A stretch of 32,000 bases of DNA. It comes from Clostridia bacterium (GTDB lineage Bacteria; Bacillota; Clostridia; TANB77; CAG-508). Position numbers and translations under genes: made by a program. The notes under the pieces were generated by a model. That model was not told where the DNA came from, did no database searches, and worked only from the letters and a program-made list of their open reading frames with translations. Positions 15,397 through 23,300 of this stretch are shown piece by piece. The stretch's first letter is position 1. The number at the start of each line of letters is the position of its first letter. The stretch lies in the NCBI GenBank assembly GCA_017528375.1, contig JAFXOY010000041.1, forward strand, positions 22,480 through 54,479, written 5' to 3'.

Positions 15397-17358
15397 ATGA
15401 AATTATTTAATTTAAAACAAAATACCAAAGAAATCGAGAAAAAAGTTGAAGAAGAGAAAAGTGTTTTGAAAAGAAACAGAAAAACTCTTAAAGATATAAT
15501 TTCACCAGCAGGTGTTGATGCAACACATACAAATCATTTGGAAATTGTTGCAAGTACAACAAAATATGCACGTAGTGTAATAATTTCCACAATGCCAAGA
15601 ATGTGTACTTTCCCAGAGTTTCTAAGAAGCATGTATACATTTGGAGATGCAAATATTTCAGTTTTTATTAAACCAATTACTGAAAATACATCCCAAACAG
15701 ACTTAAACAGAAGAATCAATGAAATTGAATCTGAAAGAATTGTAGCAGCAGAAAGAGGAAACATCAACAGGGAAAGAATTCTAGCCCAAAAAAGAATGGA
15801 AGCAGAAGAGTTAAGAGACTCAATTGCAGGTGGATTTAATAAATTATATGAATCTTCAGTAATATGTACATTATTTGCATATAACTTGGAAGATCTAGAT
15901 AAACAAACTGAGTTATTATCAACAGAAATGTCAAAAACATTAATAGGAATTAAACCAGCATGGGCAATGCAAGAAGATGCATTTAATTCAAATATGCCTT
16001 TTGTAGATAATAGAATAAACAAAGAGCATACATTTGACCGTAACTCAATGGCAACAGTATTCCCATTCTTTAATTCAGACATAGGACATGAGAACGGAAT
16101 TCCACTTGGATTTAATCGTCAAACAGGATTACCAATTCTTTATGATAACTTTAACAAAGAATTAAATAACTATAATATGGTTGTTTTCGGTAAATCTGGT
16201 GCTGGTAAATCAGTTGCAATTAAAACATTAACAGCTCGTTCATCAGTTCTTATGGGAATTGAAAGTTTAGCACTAGACGCCGAAGGTGAATACGGAGTTG
16301 TTGCTGAAGCACTAGGTGGAGTAAATGTTGTAATTAGTCCAAATTCAAACACAATTATAAATTTATTTGATATAGAGCCAGAACTTGTAAAAGATGAAAT
16401 TACTGGAAAAGAAAGAGCAATTTTAAATGTAGAAAATAAAGTTGAAGATGTTACTCAAGCACTGGTAACAATGGCAAGAGGAAGCACAAGAAGTTCAGAA
16501 GTAAATGAGCTTACAAAACAAATTATTGCTGAAACAGTAAAAGAAGAATATGAAGCATATCAAATTACAAGTGATGTAAATAGTATATATGTTAAGAAAA
16601 ATGAAAGAGTAATGGAAGACGATTACTTAGGAAGACAAAGAAAAGAAATGCCAACAATTGGTTCATGGTATAAACGTTTGATTAGAAAAGCAAAAGCAAA
16701 CGAAAATCCTGACTACAGATTCCATTACAGTTATTTAGCAAAAGTTATGAGACAATATGTAAGAGCTTTAGGTGGACAAATGGCATATTTCGATGGTCAA
16801 TCAACCTTCGAATTATTAGAAGATATTCCATTTATTAACTTAGATATATCTCAACTTGAAGAAAGATTTGCAAGACCACTTGCACAACAAATATTACTTT
16901 CTTGGGTATGGGAAAAATACGTAAAGAAAAATAGTGAAGATAAAGAAAAAGCAGCAAGAAAAAGGGTTCTAGTCGATGAAGCATGGATGCTTTTACCTTA
17001 CCCAGAAGCTGTAGATTTCTTAAACACAATGGCAAGACGTGCCAGAAAAAGAAATGTTTCTCTAGCAGTTATTTCACAAAAATTCCAAGACTTCTATGAG
17101 AGACCAGAAGTACAAGTAGTTTTAACATCATCAGATACAAAACTATTCTTAGCACAAGATAAATCAGAAATAGAATACATAAGAGAAGTATTTAAATTAA
17201 GTGAAGGAGAAGCAAACTTCTTAACAACATGTACAAGAGGTGAAGGTTTGTTAAAAGTAGGTGAAGATACGGCAATTATTTCAATAAATCCTACTAAAAA
17301 AGAATTTGAATTCATAGAAACAAACTTAAATGAATTAGCAAAAAGAAGACAGGAGTAA
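15397..17358 (+). CDS. virB4: VirB4-family T4SS ATPase (TraE/PrgJ/TrsE-like)
   Basis: Walker A is VVFGKSGAGKSVAIK (GKSGAGKS at nt 16189-16212). It is followed by LALDAEGEYGVVAEALGG...IINLFDIEP. Walker B is RVLVDEAWMLL (~16966-16998), and ARRARKRNVSLAVISQKFQDF follows. The N-terminal segment IISPAGVD...HLEI...YARSVIISTMPRMCTFPEFLRSMY...ISVFIKP fits the VirB4 N-domain pattern. Confidence 0.88.
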   Translation: MKLFNLKQNTKEIEKKVEEEKSVLKRNRKTLKDIISPAGVDATHTNHLEIVASTTKYARSVIISTMPRMCTFPEFLRSMYTFGDANISVFIKPITENTSQTDLNRRINEIESERIVAAERGNINRERILAQKRMEAEELRDSIAGGFNKLYESSVICTLFAYNLEDLDKQTELLSTEMSKTLIGIKPAWAMQEDAFNSNMPFVDNRINKEHTFDRNSMATVFPFFNSDIGHENGIPLGFNRQTGLPILYDNFNKELNNYNMVVFGKSGAGKSVAIKTLTARSSVLMGIESLALDAEGEYGVVAEALGGVNVVISPNSNTIINLFDIEPELVKDEITGKERAILNVENKVEDVTQALVTMARGSTRSSEVNELTKQIIAETVKEEYEAYQITSDVNSIYVKKNERVMEDDYLGRQRKEMPTIGSWYKRLIRKAKANENPDYRFHYSYLAKVMRQYVRALGGQMAYFDGQSTFELLEDIPFINLDISQLEERFARPLAQQILLSWVWEKYVKKNSEDKEKAARKRVLVDEAWMLLPYPEAVDFLNTMARRARKRNVSLAVISQKFQDFYERPEVQVVLTSSDTKLFLAQDKSEIEYIREVFKLSEGEANFLTTCTRGEGLLKVGEDTAIISINPTKKEFEFIETNLNELAKRRQE

Positions 17359-17362
17359 TTAA

Positions 17363-18511
17363 ATGAAGAAATTTATAACTATAACAGCAATTGTTATATT
17401 ATTACTTAATTTCATATCAATACGCTCGTATGCTGCAACAGACGAAAATGGTTTGTTCGATTACACTAAAGGGTTCGATTTATCTCCTCAGCAGTCTGGA
17501 GGGATAACGCTTGTTACAGATGAAGGACAAAAAGTAAGCTCTTCACTAAATGGAGCAACAAAGACAATTGGATTAGCGTTTAAAGCAATTGTGAATACAT
17601 TAACTGTATTTCCACATGCAATTAACCAAGTGCTAGACGTATTTGTTGAAGTTACAACAGAAGATGAAGTAAACCATTTTACCATATATGACACAGTAAT
17701 GGGACATTATGATTTGTTTGACATCGATTACCTAAACATACCAGACAAATTAACAGATGATTCAACACTTATAGAAGAAATAAAGTATTATGTAATTAGA
17801 GCATATAGAACAACAAGAAACTTAAGTATTGCAATAAGCTTATTTGTTTTAATATACATTGGAATAAGAATGGCAATATCAACTGTTGCAAGTGATAAGG
17901 CAAAATATAAGAACATGTTAGTACATTGGACAACTTCGCTAGTATTAGTTTTCCTTATACACTTTATAGTTATAATAATTTCGTTAGTGCTACAGGTGGG
18001 ACTTGGGATTGTAGAAAATATTGCAAAAGCATGGGAAGTAAGCAATTTAGAAGAACAGCTATTTAGTGGTTCAGTGTTATATACAAGTACATTATCTACT
18101 GGAATTGGAATAGCATCATTCTCATCAGCAGTAATAATTTGGGTATTAGCATATTATCAGGTAAAATTCTTTTTATATTACTTAAGAAGAACTTTGGAAG
18201 TAAACTTTTTAATAGTGGTTTCACCACTAGTTACAATTACATACTCAATTGACAAATCCGGAGACAACAAAGCACAAGCATTTGAACAATTTATGAAAAT
18301 GCTGATATCAAAATCAGTAATACAACTATTACATGCAATAGTATATGTTGTATTTATAGCAACAGCCGGTGTAATTGCAGTAAGACATCCACTATTAGCA
18401 ATACTATTCTTTGCAGCACTAGCAAGAGTAGAAAAGATAGCAACAAGAGTATTCTCAGTAGATGAACAAGGATTCCAAAAAGTAAAAGTACCATTTATAA
18501 AAGGAGCATAA
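17363..18511 (+). CDS. VirB6/TrbL-like polytopic membrane protein, paralog 1 (382 aa)
   Basis: It has a signal peptide (…ISIRSYA|ATDENG), multiple TM helices, and a position immediately after VirB4. It shares a ~225-aa core with 25096-27051 and with the middle of 20327-25078 (RNLSIAISLFVLIYIGIRMAISTVASDKAKYKNML...; FLIVVSPLVTITYSIDKSGDNKAQAF...). Confidence 0.6.
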   Translation: MKKFITITAIVILLLNFISIRSYAATDENGLFDYTKGFDLSPQQSGGITLVTDEGQKVSSSLNGATKTIGLAFKAIVNTLTVFPHAINQVLDVFVEVTTEDEVNHFTIYDTVMGHYDLFDIDYLNIPDKLTDDSTLIEEIKYYVIRAYRTTRNLSIAISLFVLIYIGIRMAISTVASDKAKYKNMLVHWTTSLVLVFLIHFIVIIISLVLQVGLGIVENIAKAWEVSNLEEQLFSGSVLYTSTLSTGIGIASFSSAVIIWVLAYYQVKFFLYYLRRTLEVNFLIVVSPLVTITYSIDKSGDNKAQAFEQFMKMLISKSVIQLLHAIVYVVFIATAGVIAVRHPLLAILFFAALARVEKIATRVFSVDEQGFQKVKVPFIKGA

Positions 18512-18646
18512 TGGGGACGTGCACAATTGGGGACGCGTCCCGGCTGTGCAAAATGCACAGCTAGGGACGGGTCACAAACTTGACAAACTTGACACATTTG
18601 GGGACGGTCTTGTTTTGTGTCAAAAATGACACATTCAGGGACAGAC
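18511..18646. repeat. GC-rich palindromic element cluster (GGGAC-repeat family, locus D) inside the T4SS-like operon
   Basis: 18520-18568, TGCACAATTGGGGACGCGTCCCGGCTGTGCAAAATGCACAGCTAGGGAC, matches 11014-11062 at 46 of 49 positions in the same orientation. A tandem 9-mer ACAAACTTG x2 lies at 18574-18591. The 33-bp unit TGACACATTTGGGGACGGTCTTGTTTTGTGTCA lies at 18590-18622. A partial unit TGACACATTCAGGGACAGAC lies at 18627-18646. Confidence 0.85.
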
Positions 18647-18679
18647 ATAACTAAAAAAGTAAGGAGATGATAATTAAAA

Positions 18680-19801
18680 ATGATAATAAATGAAATAAAA
18701 AAACATAAAAAAATAATTATTATTTTAGTATCTATTTTATTATTATTTTTAATTACCATTATACTTATTAAAATAGATCAAAAGAAAAAATATGGAAAAT
18801 TTATAGAAGAAGAAACAGCCAGAGTAAAGCAATACACAGCACTTACAGATTTTCAATCAATACAGGAAGTAGCATTATATTTAGACTGTAAATTGGAAAA
18901 GCAAGAAAAATCGCAAAAAGAAAATGTTGACTATGATATTTACATGACTCTTCCGATTGATGTTGCAGACGGACATGCAAAACACAAAACATTTTTAGAA
19001 AAATTAATTCAATATTCTGCATATGCATTAAAATACAAAAACTTCATTATTATAGATAAATCAAAAAACATTAATATAGCTGTTGTATGTAATGAAAAAG
19101 AACAAGAAATAGAAACATACTATATTAATAATGTTGAAAACTACTTTACAACAAAACAAAATGAAGAAAACATTGATAGCTTTAAAACAACAAGTGAAAT
19201 TGAATTAAATGTTACATCAAATGAATTGCAACAAATAATAAGTTTAGATTGGCGATCAAGTAATTTACAAGTAGGAACAGCAGAATCAACTTTCAAAGGT
19301 TATGATATTTATTTTGATGAAGGATATCAAATAAAAAAAGTAGCAGGAAAAGTATTTAACATAGTATTCACTGATAAATATCAAAATAATGTAGTTAACA
19401 ATTTAAATGTAAATTCTACAATAGAAGAAATAAAAAATTCTTTAGGGAAACCTCAATTTGAAAGTGGAAATTTAATTGGATATAAATCAAAAGATTTCTA
19501 TGTATTTTTCTATAATAATCAAATTTCAATATACAGAGTTGATTATTATGACACTGAAAAATTTGCAGAAATAATAGATAAGTATAAAGAAAGCATAGAT
19601 ACAAAATCTTTTGTAGATGAAGTTAAAAGTAATTGGACAGATTATGATATTTCAGATTATGGAACAAACTACATAAAAATTCAATACACACTAAAGGGAA
19701 TAACAATAAAATATGATTCAACAGAAAAACAGGGAATAGTAGTATATAACAATTACAATGGTAAATTACTACGGAAATCTAACTTTAGAAGAAGTTGTTA
19801 A
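18680..19801 (+). CDS. Bitopic membrane-anchored protein (N-terminal TM, ~340-aa external domain), function unknown
   Basis: AAGGAG (18661-18666) lies upstream, and the nearer ATG 18667 runs into a stop after 8 codons. The TM is IIIILVSILLLFLITIILI. I recognise no motifs. The last ~13 codons (GKLLRKSNFRRSC, including a CGG codon) look out of frame; see the frameshift finding. Confidence 0.65.
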   Translation: MIINEIKKHKKIIIILVSILLLFLITIILIKIDQKKKYGKFIEEETARVKQYTALTDFQSIQEVALYLDCKLEKQEKSQKENVDYDIYMTLPIDVADGHAKHKTFLEKLIQYSAYALKYKNFIIIDKSKNINIAVVCNEKEQEIETYYINNVENYFTTKQNEENIDSFKTTSEIELNVTSNELQQIISLDWRSSNLQVGTAESTFKGYDIYFDEGYQIKKVAGKVFNIVFTDKYQNNVVNNLNVNSTIEEIKNSLGKPQFESGNLIGYKSKDFYVFFYNNQISIYRVDYYDTEKFAEIIDKYKESIDTKSFVDEVKSNWTDYDISDYGTNYIKIQYTLKGITIKYDSTEKQGIVVYNNYNGKLLRKSNFRRSC

Positions 19802-20234
19802 TACAAAACAAACATTACCAAATAATATATTTATTGAAAATGAAGATTTAGTATTTGAAACTGAAAAATCTAGAGTAAATACTTTAGAAGATACAACTAA
19901 CAATGGAAATTATCCATCAACAGTAATATTAAACACAAGCAAAAAGTTTAAAGTAGCAAAACAGTTATTGCAAGGAAGTGACAACATGTACCAAATAAGA
20001 TTTATATCAATAAATAATGAACTTCCAAATACAGAATTAAGGGAAGTAATAAGCAGAGGAATTTGGTATGATGATTACAATTTTATATTTGCAGTAAAAG
20101 AAAGAGGAATATTTATTTATAATGTTCAAACACAAAGTTATAGAACTTTAAAAACAGGTAATGGAGAATTCATGATACACAATATAGAAAATAATAAATT
20201 ATATTATGATAATGATTCATTAGAAATCCAGTAA
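19758..20234 (+). CDS. Hypothetical protein, or the C-terminal part of the preceding gene after a +1 frame change
   Basis: It overlaps the upstream ORF by 44 nt and has no RBS before ATG 19758. Its frame is open only from 19743. Codon usage looks genuine from the first codons onward (MVNYYGNLTLEEVVNTKQ...). Confidence 0.5.
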   Translation: MVNYYGNLTLEEVVNTKQTLPNNIFIENEDLVFETEKSRVNTLEDTTNNGNYPSTVILNTSKKFKVAKQLLQGSDNMYQIRFISINNELPNTELREVISRGIWYDDYNFIFAVKERGIFIYNVQTQSYRTLKTGNGEFMIHNIENNKLYYDNDSLEIQ

Positions 20235-20326
20235 AACAATAACGAAATGAAAACAGTTTAATATCAGTTGCAGACTGTAAAAAATCGATGTGATTCGAAA
20301 ATAAAAAAAGAAGGGAGGGCTGCAAA

Positions 20327-23300
20327 TTGAAAAAACTATTCAAGAAAATCTTAATAATTTGGGCAATAATTTGCATGCTTCTTCCAACAGTATTTACAGG
20401 AGTTGCGTGTGCAGCAGATATTAATTATATAAACACAGAAAGGGCAGGAAATTTTGCAAGTAACTTTGCTATCAACTTCTATGAGAATTGGAGTAGCATT
20501 TCACTTATAGAAGAAGATGGTGGAAAAGGAAATTCAAATGCATATATTAACGGAAATCACAATTTTGTTTGGCCACTTACAAAAGGTTCATACACAATAA
20601 CAAGTGAATTCGGACCAAGATCTTTAGATAATCATAAAGGTATGGATTTTGGAGCACCAAAAGGAACTCCAGTATATTCAGCAAGTTCTGGTATAGTTAA
20701 AGAAACGTTTACAACATGTGAACATAACTATGGTAAAGATTATAACTGTGGATGTGGAAGTGGCTATGGAAATAACATTAAGATAGATACAGGAGACGGC
20801 TTTTTAGTTATATATGGACATCTTACAGATGTACTTGTAAATGTTGGAGATACAATTAAGCAAGGTCAGCAAATAGGTACAGTAGGAAGCACAGGATGGT
20901 CTACAGGAGATCACTTACATTTCGAATTATCAACAAATAATATTGAAGGTTTAGATGTTGCAGATTATATTGATAGAATTGGAAATGGCGGAATTATTTT
21001 TGGATATAAATATAGTGTAAACCCAAGAAAATTCATAAGTGATAGTGCTACAATTAGCAGTTCTGATGCTGGAAAATCATCAAGCAGGGTAAATGCGACA
21101 AGCGTATTAGCAGCTGGTCAACAAATATATGATAATATTTTATTAGGAAATACAAATATTGCGTATGTAGCATATCCAGGAAGAGATTCAGAACAAATAG
21201 TAAATGATAAAAGTTATTCAGAACAACATGGTATGGACTGTTCAACATTTGTTTCAGCAGCTTTATGGCTAGCTGGATATGACGATTTTAAAAGTACTAA
21301 AAATACATATATGCTTGAAGATGGATGCTTAAGTGGTGAATATGTAAGAAAATACGGATTTGGAGTATATAAAACTGATAGAGCTGGAAGAGTATTTCAA
21401 TTAGATGAAAATGGAACAGCACATGAATTAGCAGGAGAATTTGCAGATAGGTTTATTCAACCAGGAGATATAATAGTAGTAAACTGGCCAGATAGAAGAA
21501 ATGGACATACAAACATAGTAAAAGAATTAACACCAGGAAACTCAAATAAATACTTAGCACTAGACTGCGGTAATTCAAGTAATTGGCAAAACCAAGCAAA
21601 TTATAACGCGAACGGTGGAGGTACAAACTTTGATATATGGACTTCAGTTAATTGGGATGCATATTATGGTGGAACAAGTCAAGCATTCTTAATTAGAGCA
21701 GGTGGAACAGGAAGAAGTACTTACAATTCTTCATCAAAATTAATAACAAGAGGACAAATAAAAACAGAATATGATGCAAACATCAATCCAATGGATGAAG
21801 TTGATCCAAAAACACAAGAAAATTACAAATTCAACAATATATCTTGGATAGGATTTGCATATAGAAATTCATTGTTTAATAATAATGTTGATAACATTTT
21901 ATCTGGATCAGGAAATAGCATTACAATTAATACATCAAACTTTAATGATAAAACACAAATACCAGGAATCAAAGATGTAGCAGATGATTCAAAATATTTA
22001 GATATAGCAACATTAATAAACGAAGGAAAAGTTAAACCAGGAGATATATTATATTCTGAATATACATTTTTAGATGAAGATGGAAACGAAAAAAATGTAA
22101 AAGAGTATTTATTATATGTAGGTGGTACAGCAGTAATTTATGCATCAGAAGACCCAAGAGTTGCAGCAAGTGGAGCATTAAAATATGAATATGTTGAAAG
22201 TTATTTAAAAAGAATAAGACAAAGAATTTTAGCTGCACATGAAGATGAAGAAGACTTTGAAATGCCTAAATATGGAATTACTCAAATATATAGAATTAAG
22301 GATGAAGTAGCAAGTAAAATTCCAGAAACAGATACAAATTTATTTTTTAATGGTAAAGGATATTATTCAAAAACAACATATGAAGGTTTACCTTCTAAAA
22401 TAGCACTAGCACAAGTAAAAATAGACATGGTAAAATGGTTATTTGATGCACTAGAAAGAGTCCTTGAATTCTTAATAAACTTATTTATTTACATATTAAG
22501 AATGGTAATTTTAGGTTGGGCAAACTTAGTTGAAAACCTAATTCAACACATTGTTCTAGGAATAAGCGGAGATAACAATGATGCATCAATCTGGAACACA
22601 GTATTTGGTACAAGTGCAACATCTGCATCAGGCGAAAGAATAACAGTTGAATCAATCTTCTATAACCAAATTCCAATTCTAGATGCAAATTTCTTCAACT
22701 TAGAAACAGCTGGAGGACATGAAATATTTGGTGAAGGTGCAGAAGGTGAATATGGAATTGTTTACAGCTTAAGAAACAACCTAAGAAATATTTATGTAGT
22801 AGTAAGAAATGTTTCAATAGCATTAATGTTATTTTTATTAATATTCTATGGAGTAAGAATAGCAATAACAACATCAAGTCAAAAGAAAGCAGAATACAAA
22901 AAATTATTAACATCATGGTTGTTTGCATTTGGTGTAGTATTGTTTATACACATATTCATGTTCTTAGTATTTGAAGTTAACGATACATTAGTTAGTACAT
23001 GTAAAAACTGGGAAAATGAAGTAGCTAGAAAGAATTTAAGTGATATAATACAAATTACAAATTCACAACAAGAATTAAACTTATATGATGCAGTAAGAAC
23101 AAAAGCCTATGCATTTGACTGGCATGAAGGTGTTCCAGCAACAGTAATATACATATATTTAATATACTTAATGATTAGATTTTTAATTATCTATCTAAAG
23201 AGATATGTAACAATCTATATTTTAGCTTTATCTGGCTCATTTATGGGAGTTAAATACGCAATAGATAGATTAATGGGTAAGAAAACAAAAACTTTAAATA

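Noticed and set aside
18580-18594. Two TTGACA boxes in the operon gap as an internal promoter
   Set aside because: No acceptable -10 hexamer lies 16-18 nt downstream of either box. The boxes arise from the tandem 9-mer ACAAACTTG.
9311-18646. Possibility that the GGGAC repeats are a CRISPR array
   Set aside because: The copies are not regularly spaced, are separated by genes, are internally palindromic composites of different units, and no cas genes are present.
18178-18759. 193-aa minus-strand ORF spanning the operon gap
   Set aside because: It is a chimera of antisense VirB6-like gene sequence, the GC-rich repeat (giving QMCQVCQVCDPSLAVHFAQPGRVPNCARP) and the antisense of the next gene's TM region. 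It shows no start context.
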